Position numbers and translations under genes: made by a program | Part shown: positions 39,702 to 49,350 of the stretch, in pieces | How the letters are laid out: the number at the start of each line of letters is the position of its first letter | Numbering within the stretch: the stretch's first letter is position 1 | NCBI GenBank assembly: GCA_035063585.1 | Contig: JAPSGB010000005.1 | Coordinates: 96,001-160,000 of the forward strand | Origin: Polyangiaceae bacterium | Lineage (GTDB): Bacteria; Myxococcota_A; Polyangia; Polyangiales; Polyangiaceae | Direction of reading: 5' to 3' | DNA: 64,000 bases | The notes under the pieces: generated by a model | Databases searched by the model: none | What the model saw: the letters and a program-made list of their open reading frames with translations, nothing else | What the model was told of the DNA's origin: nothing

Positions 39702-40913
39702 CTACGGCTGCAGGATCACCGCGTCGTCGGGCGGTCGGAACAGGATCTTGCCGGTCTCCCCCGGGCAGCCCCAGCAGGTGCTGAAGTGCAGGCGCGGACG
39801 GATGCTCGCGCTGTACGCGAGCGCGATCGGCCCGGGCTCACTCTTCATGATGAAGCTCGAGTCGAGCCGGTATTCGTCGGCTCCCGTCACATGATACACG
39901 ACCACGAAGGACGTCGTGTCGCCCGAGCGCCCGACCGCGACGAGGTACTCGCTCCCCGCCGCGGGTTGCCAGAGGAGCGGAGCCACCGTGAAGTCGAACC
40001 CCTTCCGATCTCCCGGTCCCCGGGACACCACGGTGTTCGCGGCGTCCGGCTCCCGGAACAGCTTGATGTCCTTCGCGATCGCCTGGGTCGCCGGATCGCT
40101 CGCGAGGAGCGCCTGGAGCCGCTCGGCGTTCACGCGCGCCCGGGCGAACACCTCGCCGAGCTTCGGCTCCTTGACGACCGCCGCGTTCGGCGCGCCCTTG
40201 CAGCAGCGAAACCCGAGATCGTCCGCGGTGGTCGAGGGGTCGAGCGCGGCCCGCGCGGCGCAGCGGTGGTCGGGCGCCGGCGCGCCCGCCGGTGCGCCTC
40301 GGACCGCGCCGCCGCCACGCCCTTCGCCATCGGTCGGGGCGACATCGCTCGCCGTCCACTCGCGGAGCGTGCCCATCGCCACCACGTCGAAGCCGGAAGC
40401 GCAGCTCTCCGGCCGCGACGCGCAGCGCGCGTCCCAGGCGCCCCCGCCGGGGAAGCGATCGCTGCTCGGGCCCTTGCAGGCGCGCTCCCACTCGAGCTCG
40501 GTGCAGAGCCGCCCACCCGCGGTCGCGCAGAGCCGCTCGGCCTCTCCGCGGCCGACGCCGACCACCGGGGGTTTGGACGGATCGTTCGGGTAGGGCAGCC
40601 GATCGATCTGGTACGGGCCGAGCTCCACGGCGTAGAGCCGCGGCTCCACCCCGGGCTTTCGCCCTTCGCTCCCCGGGACGCTGCCGGCCTGAAACGAGCC
40701 TCCCGGGATGTCCACCGTCTCACCCGTGAGGGGCGCCTCGGTGGGCGCGCGCGCCGATGGTGGGGGTTGGCTCGGCGCGGAACCTCGCGGTGCGGGCCCA
40801 CCGCCGTCGGCGCCGGACGGCTTCTTGCATGCGGACACGGTGAGCAGCGCCGCGGCGCCGACCACGAGACGCGAGCGGCGGCGCGCGACGGCGCGGTTCG
40901 CTGGCGAGAGCAC
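39702..40913 (-). CDS. FGE-sulfatase/SUMF1 domain lipoprotein
   Basis: Lipobox VSAC; IPGGSF, YPN, C...GGRLCTELEWERACKG, REW, GFRCC. Confidence 0.85.
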   Translation of the reverse strand: MLSPANRAVARRRSRLVVGAAALLTVSACKKPSGADGGGPAPRGSAPSQPPPSARAPTEAPLTGETVDIPGGSFQAGSVPGSEGRKPGVEPRLYAVELGPYQIDRLPYPNDPSKPPVVGVGRGEAERLCATAGGRLCTELEWERACKGPSSDRFPGGGAWDARCASRPESCASGFDVVAMGTLREWTASDVAPTDGEGRGGGAVRGAPAGAPAPDHRCAARAALDPSTTADDLGFRCCKGAPNAAVVKEPKLGEVFARARVNAERLQALLASDPATQAIAKDIKLFREPDAANTVVSRGPGDRKGFDFTVAPLLWQPAAGSEYLVAVGRSGDTTSFVVVYHVTGADEYRLDSSFIMKSEPGPIALAYSASIRPRLHFSTCWGCPGETGKILFRPPDDAVILQP

Positions 40914-41017
40914 CCGCCGGAGATAACTTCCTCCCGCGTCCAGGGCAAGCGGAGAGCCCCGGAGGCGGCGCCTCCTGGCTGCGCGCTTCGAATTCTGAGG
41001 TATCGTTGGAGAGCTAT

Positions 41018-41278
41018 ATGCCGCACCCGCTCGCTCGCACGCTCGCCCCGCTCATCGATCTCGAGGTCGACGAGCTTCGCGCGATCGTCGCGCGCTGGGT
41101 GCTCGCCGAGAGCGATGAGCGGGAGCGAGCGCGCTACCGCCGCTTCGGCGCGGAGCTCCGCGCGCTCAAGGCGCGAGTCGGGACGCGCGTGACTCCACCG
41201 ACCGAGGAGGAGATCGAGATCGCGCTCACCGCGCTCCTCGTGCTCTCCGGACCGCGCGCGCAGGCCGAGTCGAGCTGA
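41018..41278 (+). CDS. Small hypothetical helical protein
   Basis: Protein-like helical sequence; GGAGAG before ATG 41018. Confidence 0.6.
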   Translation: MPHPLARTLAPLIDLEVDELRAIVARWVLAESDERERARYRRFGAELRALKARVGTRVTPPTEEEIEIALTALLVLSGPRAQAESS

Positions 41279-41464
41279 GCCCGACCGGGCGAGGACGCGC
41301 GTCGGGGGCGCGCGCAGGCCGCGATGCCCCGGCACCTCGGCTCCAGCGAGCATGACGCGTCGCGGCACTCTGGCGCGCGGTTCTTGAGGGATTGGCGGCG
41401 GGTCGGTCTGGTGAACCGAGTGTCCTTGTTCTAGGTTCCCCGTGTAGCCCCGCGAGGAAAGTGG

Positions 41465-43435
41465 ATGAGAAAGAAGAACGTCAAGATCGACGGCCGGATC
41501 CTCTATCTCACCGAGGACGCCGAGCTCCTGCGGAGACAGCTCGAGGGCGAGGACCTCGCCTTCGACGCTGAGCGGAAGCTCGTCAACAACATCTCGACCG
41601 ATGAGATCACGCCCGGCTGGGTCTGCTACTTCTACGACGAGACGCTCGCGCGCTACTGCCTCATCGGGCTTCGCGGCGGCATCGTCCAGAAGGACTCGAT
41701 CAAGGGCGGCGGCTTCGGGGTCATCGTCAGCGGGCGGAGCAAGGGCTGCGGCAGCTCTCGCGAGACGGCTCCCTACTCCGAGCTCACCGCGGGGGTGAAG
41801 CTCGTCATCGCCGAGAGCATCGAGAAGATTTACGGGCAGAACTGCCAGAACATCGGGCTCCTCACCTCGACGGATTTCTCGCTCATCGCGCGGATCGAGC
41901 GCGGCGAGGAGATCCCCATCAGCGAGTTTACCCGCGGGCTCGACCCCATCAGCGCCCAGATCGTCGAGGCGGGGGGCCTCTTCACCTACAACAAGCTCCG
42001 CATGGCCGGCGAGCTCGCCCCGCCCCCGGTGACCACCCCCGCGCGGCCCATGACCTTGTGCGAGAAGATCATCGCGTCGCGCGCGATCGCCGACGCCAAG
42101 ACCGGGCGCCTCGGCATCCCCGGGGTGAGACCGGGCGACGCGCTCTTCGTGCGGACGGACGTCCGCTTCAGTCACGAGTACGTGACGCCGATGGCCGACG
42201 CGGTGTTTCATCAAGGCTTCGGCGCGGACGCCACGGTCACCGAGCCCGAGAGCGTCTACGCATTTCGCGATCACCTGACGTTCCTCGACAAGGTCATGCC
42301 GGAGCAGCACAAGAAGCTCGGGCTCGACCGGCAGGCGGCCTCGCTCAGGATCGTGCAAGAGGATTTCACGAAGCGGTATGGCGTAAAGCTCTACGGCGAG
42401 GTCGAGCGCGACGGAAAAGTCGTGGGCAGCGAGGCCATCAGTCACAACAAGGTCATCGAGGAGATCGCGCTCCCCGGGCAGGTCGTCGCGGGGACGGACT
42501 CGCACACCTGCATGGCGGGCGCGATGGGCTGCTTCGCGTTCGGCGTCGGCAGCACCGACATGGCGAACGCGTGGTTCACGCGCGACGTTCGCGTCAAGGT
42601 GCCCGAGACGGTGCGCTTCGTGCTGAACGGCACGCTCGGCCCGAGTGTCTGCGCCAAGGACGTGATGCTCCACATCCTGAGCCTCGATCATTTCAAGAGT
42701 GGAAAAGGCATTGGCCAGGTGCTCGAATTCTCCGGCCCGGGTATCGCCGCCATGTCGCTCGACGAGCGCTCGGTGCTCACCAACATGGCGGTCGAGGCAG
42801 GGAGCTTCACCGGCATCATCGAGGCCGATGAGGTAGTCGTCGAGTACCTGGTGAAGATGCGCGGCCTCGACGCCGAGGCGGTGCGGAAGATGGCGGTGCG
42901 CCCCGATCCGGGCGCGGAGTACGCAGACACCTACGAGATCGACCTCGGGACCATCGTGCCCATGGTCGCGACGCCCGGGGATCCGCGCAACGGTGTCTCC
43001 CTCGGTGAGCTCGTCGCGAGCTCGGGCGAGATCAAGATCGACATCGCGTATGGCGGCTCGTGCACCGGCGGGAAGATGGCCGACATGGACATGTACGCCG
43101 CCGTCCTCGAGCGGGCGCTCGAGAACGGTCGGCGCGTCGCCGACGGCGTCCGGCTCTTCATCCAGTTTGGCTCGCAGCACATCCGCGACTACGCGATCGA
43201 GCGCGGCTACGTCGATATCTTCGAGCGCGCGGGCGCGACCGTCGTCGATCCGTCGTGCGGCGCGTGTATCCGCGCGGGCCCGGGCGTCTCGTTCACCCCC
43301 GACGAGGTCACCGTGAGCGCGCAGAACCGCAACTTCCCGGGACGCAGCGGACCGGGCAAGCTCTATCTGGCGAGCCCGCTCGTCGTGGCGGCCAGCGCGA
43401 TCGCGGGGAAGATCGTGTCCCCCGACGCGGTGTGA
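41465..43435 (+). CDS. Aconitase-family dehydratase: LeuD-like swivel domain fused N-terminally to a LeuC-like large subunit
   Basis: NISTDEITP and GCGSSRE (LeuD-like), then MTLCEKII, DSHTC, GSCTGG, SCGACI, NRNFPGR, LASP (LeuC-like). Confidence 0.9.
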   Translation: MRKKNVKIDGRILYLTEDAELLRRQLEGEDLAFDAERKLVNNISTDEITPGWVCYFYDETLARYCLIGLRGGIVQKDSIKGGGFGVIVSGRSKGCGSSRETAPYSELTAGVKLVIAESIEKIYGQNCQNIGLLTSTDFSLIARIERGEEIPISEFTRGLDPISAQIVEAGGLFTYNKLRMAGELAPPPVTTPARPMTLCEKIIASRAIADAKTGRLGIPGVRPGDALFVRTDVRFSHEYVTPMADAVFHQGFGADATVTEPESVYAFRDHLTFLDKVMPEQHKKLGLDRQAASLRIVQEDFTKRYGVKLYGEVERDGKVVGSEAISHNKVIEEIALPGQVVAGTDSHTCMAGAMGCFAFGVGSTDMANAWFTRDVRVKVPETVRFVLNGTLGPSVCAKDVMLHILSLDHFKSGKGIGQVLEFSGPGIAAMSLDERSVLTNMAVEAGSFTGIIEADEVVVEYLVKMRGLDAEAVRKMAVRPDPGAEYADTYEIDLGTIVPMVATPGDPRNGVSLGELVASSGEIKIDIAYGGSCTGGKMADMDMYAAVLERALENGRRVADGVRLFIQFGSQHIRDYAIERGYVDIFERAGATVVDPSCGACIRAGPGVSFTPDEVTVSAQNRNFPGRSGPGKLYLASPLVVAASAIAGKIVSPDAV

Positions 43436-43550
43436 CCGCTCCCGCCGGAAGTCGAGGCCGCCCTGCCCTGGAGCGCCTCGGCTCCCGGCGTCGTGGCCCG
43501 GGCGCGCAAGTTCGGGCTCGCGCGGCGATGATCCGCTATAGCTACGCGCG

Positions 43551-44225
43551 ATGACGCCTCCCGCGCGACGTCGCCGCGCCGCCCCGACAACCCAGCGTAA
43601 GACGGCTACCGCCGCCTACCGCGCGGGACCGGGGATGCTGGTTCGCCTCTCCTACCGGGTGTTCGACGCCGACGGAGAGCAGGTGGGCGAGGGCGAGCCC
43701 GCCGCGCCGCTCGGCGCGATCTTCGGCTACGGCGAGCTCTTGCCCGCGCTCGAGCGCGCCCTCGATGGCAAGACGACCGGGGAGCGCGCCACCCTCGAGC
43801 TTGCGCCCCGCGAGGCGTACGGCGAGCGGGATCCGAAGGCCATCATCGAGGTCGACCGCGAGGAGTTTCCAGCGGAGGTGGCGCCCGGGGATCGATTCGA
43901 GGCAGAGCGCGACGAGGGGGGGATCGTGGTGCTCAAGGTGCTCGACGTCACCGAGGACGCGGTGGTGCTCGACCTGAACCACCCGCTGGCGGGCCAGAAG
44001 GTCCGCTACGAGCTCGACGTCGTGGAGGTGCGCCCCGCCACCGCCGACGAGCTCGAACAGGCGGTTTTTCGCCTGGAGGCGCCCGAAGCGCCTGCCCCGG
44101 AGGGCTTGATCCCGCTCGGCCGCTTGCTTACCGGGGGCCGCCGGCGCTACGAGGACGATTCCAAGCGCTCCGCGGACGACGAGGAGCCCGGCGAGCCAAA
44201 CGGAGAAGACCATGAGCGAGAGTGA
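43551..44225 (+). CDS. slyD: FKBP-type peptidyl-prolyl isomerase (SlyD-like)
   Basis: LERALDGK..GE...L.P.EAYG, DLNHPLAGQ, VRPAT.DE; no His-rich tail; start uncertain. Confidence 0.85.
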   Translation: MTPPARRRRAAPTTQRKTATAAYRAGPGMLVRLSYRVFDADGEQVGEGEPAAPLGAIFGYGELLPALERALDGKTTGERATLELAPREAYGERDPKAIIEVDREEFPAEVAPGDRFEAERDEGGIVVLKVLDVTEDAVVLDLNHPLAGQKVRYELDVVEVRPATADELEQAVFRLEAPEAPAPEGLIPLGRLLTGGRRRYEDDSKRSADDEEPGEPNGEDHERE

Positions 44226-44622
44226 GCTTTTCAAGTACGACGTCCGAGTGCGCGAGCGGCTGATGCGAAAGGGCCAGCTCAGCGAGGCCGAGGTTCGCGC
44301 GCACCTCGATGCGCTACCCGATAGCGTCTCGAACTCCGAGGTGGTCGCGAGCGCGCAGCCGGCGGTCGGTCGCCCCGAAGAGCACGCTCGTGCGGCCCGC
44401 ATGCGGGACCTGCGGGGTCCGCTCACTCCGCCGCTCGCTCGCCCACCGGCGGCGCCGCCGGTCGCGATGTCCTTCGAGGACGACGATGACGACGACGGCG
44501 GTGACGACGCGCTCGAGGCGTCGGCGGCCGATGACGATGACGACTCGGACGATGACGACGACGCGCTTCCCGACGAGAGCGATACGTCCGAGGACAAGGA
44601 CTCCGAGGAGGAGGATTCGTGA
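44212..44622 (+). CDS. Hypothetical protein with a long Asp/Glu-rich tail
   Basis: N-terminal YDVRVRERLMRKG...HLDALPD; C-terminal poly-Asp tracts; GGAGA RBS. Confidence 0.75.
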   Translation: MSESELFKYDVRVRERLMRKGQLSEAEVRAHLDALPDSVSNSEVVASAQPAVGRPEEHARAARMRDLRGPLTPPLARPPAAPPVAMSFEDDDDDDGGDDALEASAADDDDDSDDDDDALPDESDTSEDKDSEEEDS

Positions 44623-44972
44623 GTCGAGACGAGGCGGGGCCGGACTCCGCGGCGCTCGAAGCGAGTGAGGCCGCCTTCGCGTCGGCGAAGGCGACCGCCG
44701 CGGCGGCTGGGGACGCGGAGCTTCCGGCCATCGATTTCGCGACCTTCGTGCTGTCGTTCGCGCATTCGGCCCTGGTCCACCTCGGGGATGCGCCGAACCC
44801 CGCAGACGGGGCGACCAGCGTCGAGCTGCCCATGGCGCGCCAGACGATCGATCTGTTGACGCTCCTTCAGGAGAAGACGAAGGGCAACCTGAGCGGCGAG
44901 GAGGAGCGGATCGTCGAGCAGGTGCTCTACGATCTCAGGATGCGCTACGTCGAGGTCGCGAAATCCCGGTGA
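44619..44972 (+). CDS. DUF1844 domain protein
   Basis: F..FVLS...ALVHLG..P.P...ARQTIDLL..LQEKTKGNL..EE...LYDLRMRYV. Confidence 0.9.
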   Translation: MSRDEAGPDSAALEASEAAFASAKATAAAAGDAELPAIDFATFVLSFAHSALVHLGDAPNPADGATSVELPMARQTIDLLTLLQEKTKGNLSGEEERIVEQVLYDLRMRYVEVAKSR

Positions 44973-46135
44973 GAGCTCGCTGGATCTCCGTCGCGTCGGT
45001 CGTGCTCGGCCTCGCCGCGCAAGACTGCAAGCGCACGAGCGCGTCCGCTCCGGACGCCGCGCCTGCGGAGCCGTCTGGCGCGGTCCCGGCGACGGCTCCG
45101 CTCGGGCCGCCCCCGGCGCCGCTACCCGCGTCGCCGCCCGCCAATGCGCCGGCGAGCTTCGCGGAGCTGGCCGCCCGCGCAGACTCGGCGGTCGTGTTCG
45201 TGAGGACGGTTCAAGAGCAGCGGGGGCGCACGGGTAGGCGCCGGGTGTTGCAGCAGGGGCTCGGCACGGGGTTCGTCTACGATCCCTCCGGCCTGATCCT
45301 GACCAACAACCACGTCATCGAGAACGCGACCGAGGTCACCGTCACCATCGGCAAGCAGCCCGAGCAGAAGGCGACCATCGTCGGCCGCGATCCGCTGGTC
45401 GACGTCGCGGTGCTGAGGGTCGAGGGCAAGGCTGGCTTCGCTCACCTTCCGCTCGGGGACTCGGACGTCACGCGCGTCGGTGACTGGGTGCTCGCCATCG
45501 GCAACCCGTTCGGGCTATCGCACACGGTGTCGGCCGGGATCGTGTCCGCGAAGGGAAGGACGCGCGACTCGGTGCGAGGGCTCGGCGACAAGTCCGGCTA
45601 CTACAACTTCATCCAGACCGATGCGAGCATCAACCCCGGCAACTCGGGAGGGCCGCTCCTCGACACGGCAGGTCGCGTGATTGGCATCAACACGGCCATT
45701 CGCGCGAACGCCAACGGGATCGGCTTCGCGATCCCCATCAACATGGTGAAGGATCTCCTGCCGGCGCTCATCAAGGACGGCAAGATCAACCGGAGCGCGA
45801 TCGGGATCGTGGTGTCGTCGGTGCTCCCGGAGGATGTCGCGCGTCTCCGGCTTCGAGACGCCTCGGGCGCGCTGATCCGCCAGATCCAGCCCGGCGGACC
45901 GGCGGACCGCGCCGGACTGCGTCCGGACGACGTGGTCGTCGGCTTCCAAGGGCAGCCCACGCCTGGGCCGGAGAAGCTCCGGTGGCTCGCCAGCCTCGCG
46001 GGCGTGGGGTCCACGGTGACGGTGCGCGTGGAGCGAGGCTCGCGCGCCTTCGACGTCAAGGTGGCGCTCGAGGCCCTCCCCGAGCAGCCGGCAGCCCCGG
46101 AGCCGGAGGAGGAGGAGCCGTTCGGCTTCCCGTGA
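44969..46135 (+). CDS. HtrA/DegP-family serine protease with one PDZ domain
   Basis: TNNHVI, DVAVL, AIGNPFG, QTDASINPGNSGGPL, GIGFAIP; PDZ GGPADRAGL. Confidence 0.94.
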   Translation: MRARWISVASVVLGLAAQDCKRTSASAPDAAPAEPSGAVPATAPLGPPPAPLPASPPANAPASFAELAARADSAVVFVRTVQEQRGRTGRRRVLQQGLGTGFVYDPSGLILTNNHVIENATEVTVTIGKQPEQKATIVGRDPLVDVAVLRVEGKAGFAHLPLGDSDVTRVGDWVLAIGNPFGLSHTVSAGIVSAKGRTRDSVRGLGDKSGYYNFIQTDASINPGNSGGPLLDTAGRVIGINTAIRANANGIGFAIPINMVKDLLPALIKDGKINRSAIGIVVSSVLPEDVARLRLRDASGALIRQIQPGGPADRAGLRPDDVVVGFQGQPTPGPEKLRWLASLAGVGSTVTVRVERGSRAFDVKVALEALPEQPAAPEPEEEEPFGFP

Positions 46136-46172
46136 GGTGGGCGTCCGCTCCAGGGTGGGGGGAGCCGGCCCG

Positions 46173-46194
46173 GACTTTGCGTATGACTTTGCGT
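46173..46194 (+). repeat. 10-bp direct repeat upstream of the ECF sigma gene
   Basis: GACTTTGCGT at 46173-46182 and 46185-46194. Confidence 0.65.
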
Positions 46195-46204
46195 GCTGCG
46201 CGTC

Positions 46205-47011
46205 ATGGAGGTCGATTTTCACGAGTCGGAGCCGGAGCCGGCGTCTACGGACTCCCCGCGGGCGCGTCCCGAGCGGCGACCCGCCGCGCTCGGGCCCGGG
46301 CGGGTCGAGGGGGGGGAGCCGCATGATCGTGATGTCGCGGTGGGTGTGAATAGCGCAGAGGCAGAGGCGTCAAACAAGAGCCTCCGGAGAGCCGAGGCGG
46401 AAGAGGACCGTGCACTCGTCGAACAGGCCCAAGCTGGCGATCTCGCGGCGTTTCGCCAGTTGGTGGTTCGCCACCAGCGCCGCGCATTCACGATCGCGCT
46501 CGCCCTGGTACGTGACGAGCACGACGCCCGAGACGTCGTCCAGGAGGCCTTCCTGCGGGTCTATCGAGGGCTCGGCGCGTTCAACGGGGGGTCCAGCTTC
46601 TTCACGTGGCTCTATCGCATCGTCACCAACCTCTCGATCGACCTCATGCGAAAGCCGACGCGCCGAGAGACGAGCTTGGAGGATTCGTACGAGCCGAGGG
46701 ACGAGGCCGAGGCCCCGCTGGTCGCTCGAATCGACGGCGCCGACCCGCTCGACGTCGTGCGACGACGTCAACTCGCCGAGCGCATCGGTGCGGCGCTCGA
46801 TGCCCTACCGTCCTACCATCGCGGGGTGATCTTGATGCGCGAGATCGAAGGCTTGAGCTACGAGGAAATGGCGGAGGCGATGGGCGTATCCAAGGGCACC
46901 ATCATGAGTCGCCTATTTCACGCGCGTCAGAAGCTGCAACGCGCGCTCGCCGACTGCTACGCGGAGCAATTCGGTCGCGAGCCCGAGTCCGGCAAGGTGA
47001 GGGCGCGATGA
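46205..47011 (+). CDS. ECF sigma-70 factor
   Basis: GD..AF..LV, DVVQEAF, FFTWLYRI..N, ILMREIEGLSYEEMAE.MG...GTIMSRLFHAR; start could also be GTG 46346. Confidence 0.93.
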   Translation: MEVDFHESEPEPASTDSPRARPERRPAALGPGRVEGGEPHDRDVAVGVNSAEAEASNKSLRRAEAEEDRALVEQAQAGDLAAFRQLVVRHQRRAFTIALALVRDEHDARDVVQEAFLRVYRGLGAFNGGSSFFTWLYRIVTNLSIDLMRKPTRRETSLEDSYEPRDEAEAPLVARIDGADPLDVVRRRQLAERIGAALDALPSYHRGVILMREIEGLSYEEMAEAMGVSKGTIMSRLFHARQKLQRALADCYAEQFGREPESGKVRAR

Positions 47012-47598
47012 GCGAGGAATTCGACGAGCAAGAGCTCATGTCGTTCTACGATGGCGAGCTCCCCGATGATCGGGTCGCGGTCTGGGAGGAGCGCCTTCGG
47101 AGTGACGAGGAGGCCGCGAACGCGCTCGCGCGGCTCCGTTCGATTGGAGACGCGGTCCGCCAGCTCTCCGACGAGCGTGGAGCGGGGGGCGCCCAGATCG
47201 CCGACGCGGTGATGGCGGCCATCGCTCGGGACGGGCAGGGCGCCGCCGCTCGTCCGGCCTCTACCTGGCGCCGCCTCGCGCCGGTCGCGGCCGCGACGCT
47301 CGCGCTCGCGGCGGCCGTGACGCTGGTGCTTCGAGGCGCTGGAGAACGAGCGGGCGCCGTCGGGACGCCGGCCGAGAGCGCTGTGTCGGCCAACGGGCCG
47401 GCCCCGGCGCGCTCGGAGGCCGTCGAGCCGAGCGAGGCCGCCGAGCCGGAGATGGTCCCGGCAGTCGCGATCGAGTCGGTGGATTTCGGAGCGCATGATG
47501 GGACCATCTTCATGGTCCAGAGCGGCGACACCGACACGCCCGTGGTCTGGTTGGTGGATGAGCCGTCGCGGCCCCACGATAGAATCGAGCCCCTATGA
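47008..47598 (+). CDS. Putative membrane anti-sigma factor
   Basis: ATGA-coupled to the sigma gene; LMSFYDGEL anti-sigma-domain-like start; single TM helix. Confidence 0.8.
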   Translation: MSEEFDEQELMSFYDGELPDDRVAVWEERLRSDEEAANALARLRSIGDAVRQLSDERGAGGAQIADAVMAAIARDGQGAAARPASTWRRLAPVAAATLALAAAVTLVLRGAGERAGAVGTPAESAVSANGPAPARSEAVEPSEAAEPEMVPAVAIESVDFGAHDGTIFMVQSGDTDTPVVWLVDEPSRPHDRIEPL

Positions 47599-48125
47599 CC
47601 CGTCTTGTCACCTCGCTCTTGATCGCGCTCTCGGCCGTCGCCGCGCCGTCGTTCGCCGGGGCCGCGCCTGAGCCCGCGGCTCCCCCCGCCGACTCCCGTG
47701 GTGGCGCCGATAGCGGCGCGTCGCCGAAGCCGGAACCGAAGGCGCCGGTGGCGGTCGAGGTCACCGTCCTCCACGCCACCAACTCGAAGCGGGGCATCGA
47801 CAAGCGCATCGGCGACATGCCGGAGCTGAAGAAGCCGCCGTTTTCGTCTTACGACAGCTACGAGCTCCTCTCACGGGAGCGTCTCCCGCTCGTGAAGGGG
47901 GACGCGAAGGATCTGAGGCTGCCAAACGGCCGTGTGCTGCAGTCGAAGCTGCTCGAAATCCTGCCGAAGGACACCTTCCGTATCTCGGCCAGCATCAACA
48001 AACCGGGCGGCAAGACCTTTCTTCCGCTGCTCGAGGTCAAGGCGCACCTCGGCCAGGCGTTCATCGTGGCCGGGCAGAGCTACAAGAACGGGATCCTGGT
48101 GCTGGTCATCCGAGTGACTCGCTAG
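47595..48125 (+). CDS. Hypothetical secreted protein of the ECF operon
   Basis: Signal peptide; ATGA coupling; beta-rich mature domain. Confidence 0.75.
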   Translation: MTRLVTSLLIALSAVAAPSFAGAAPEPAAPPADSRGGADSGASPKPEPKAPVAVEVTVLHATNSKRGIDKRIGDMPELKKPPFSSYDSYELLSRERLPLVKGDAKDLRLPNGRVLQSKLLEILPKDTFRISASINKPGGKTFLPLLEVKAHLGQAFIVAGQSYKNGILVLVIRVTR

Positions 48126-48129
48126 GCGG

Positions 48130-49350
48130 TCACTGCGCCAGCGGCAGCTCCAGCGTGAACACCGTGCCGTGACCGGGTGCGCTCTCCACGCTCAGCGTGC
48201 CGCCGTGCGCGTCGACGATCTTGCGGATGATGGACAGCCCGAGCCCGGTACCTCGCCCGTTCGGCTTCGTGGTGAAGAACGGATCGTAGATCCGCGAGAG
48301 TGTCACGGGATCCATCCCGACTCCCTGGTCCGCGACGTCGATGCGAGCCAGCTGCCCCTCGCGTGAGGTGGTCACCGTGAGCGATAGTACCCCGCCGTGC
48401 GCGGACATCGCGTGCGCCGCGTTGACGAACAAGTTCACGAACAGCTGCACGAGCTGGCTCGAGATGCCCGTGACGGTGAGCTCGGGGTCGCTCGCCGAGC
48501 GCTCGAGCTCGACCCGGTTTTCCAGAAGGTCGTGCTCCGAGAACGCGAGCGCCTTGTCGAGCACGGTTGCCAATCGAACCGGGGCGGCGCTCTCCCCCGA
48601 TGGTCGCGCGTAGTCGATGAGATCTCGCGCGAAGGCGAGGATGCGCGCAGCCGCCTCTGCGACCCGCCGCAGGCGTTCCTCGTCCTCGGCGTCGCCGCGA
48701 GCCTGGGCGCGGCCGAGGAGATGGTCCGAGTACGCCATGATCGTAGTGAGCGGGTTATTGAGCTCGTGAACCACGCCGGCCACGACATGGCCGAGAGAGG
48801 CGAGCTTGCCGGTTTGGATCGCCTCTGCTCGAAGCTGCTCGAGCGCCAGCAGGTTCGCGCGCTCACGCGCGGAGCGCCGAGCCCGCGCGAGGCCCATCCG
48901 GAACACCAGCGCCGCGCCCTCCGCCGTCCGGAGCAACTCCGGGGCCGAGGAGGTGACGCCGAGGGCGTCTCCGGCGAGGTGCAGCGTCGCCTCTGCCGAG
49001 CCGTCGCCGACCGCGAACACTCGCTCGAAGCGCTGCCTCGCGAAGAGGCGCGTCGGGGTCGAGCCGTCTCCCTTGGCGAGCGCGACCGGACTCGAAGCGA
49101 CGATCTCTGGCTCATCGCTCGGTGAGGCTGCGACGCTCGCGCCGACCAGGCATCCGGGGAGCAGCGCGGCCAGCGTATCGACCACCCGGCGAGCGACCGT
49201 GAGCGAGTCGGCGTCCTCCGGCAAGTCGACGGCGAGCGCGAGCATGGCGTCGCGCCATTGCGTGGGCGGTACGGTTCGAGGCCCGGACGGCGCAGGGATC
49301 GAATCTCCCTCCCGTGAACCAGGGAGCTCGTCGTCGCGCTGTGCCGTCAC
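48130..49350 (-). CDS. Histidine kinase (degenerate GAF-like region, HisKA, HATPase)
   Basis: KLASLG...HELNNPL, QLFVNLFVNA, DQGVGM, PFFTTK, GTGLGL. Confidence 0.92.
   Translation of the reverse strand: MTAQRDDELPGSREGDSIPAPSGPRTVPPTQWRDAMLALAVDLPEDADSLTVARRVVDTLAALLPGCLVGASVAASPSDEPEIVASSPVALAKGDGSTPTRLFARQRFERVFAVGDGSAEATLHLAGDALGVTSSAPELLRTAEGAALVFRMGLARARRSARERANLLALEQLRAEAIQTGKLASLGHVVAGVVHELNNPLTTIMAYSDHLLGRAQARGDAEDEERLRRVAEAAARILAFARDLIDYARPSGESAAPVRLATVLDKALAFSEHDLLENRVELERSASDPELTVTGISSQLVQLFVNLFVNAAHAMSAHGGVLSLTVTTSREGQLARIDVADQGVGMDPVTLSRIYDPFFTTKPNGRGTGLGLSIIRKIVDAHGGTLSVESAPGHGTVFTLELPLAQ

Noticed and set aside
40130..43180. 1016-aa minus-strand ORF and other long antisense or alternative-frame ORFs (e.g. 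28351-30702, 34666-36270, 55556-57841)
   Set aside because: They lie opposite well-supported genes and have no motifs; long stop-free shadows are expected at this GC content.
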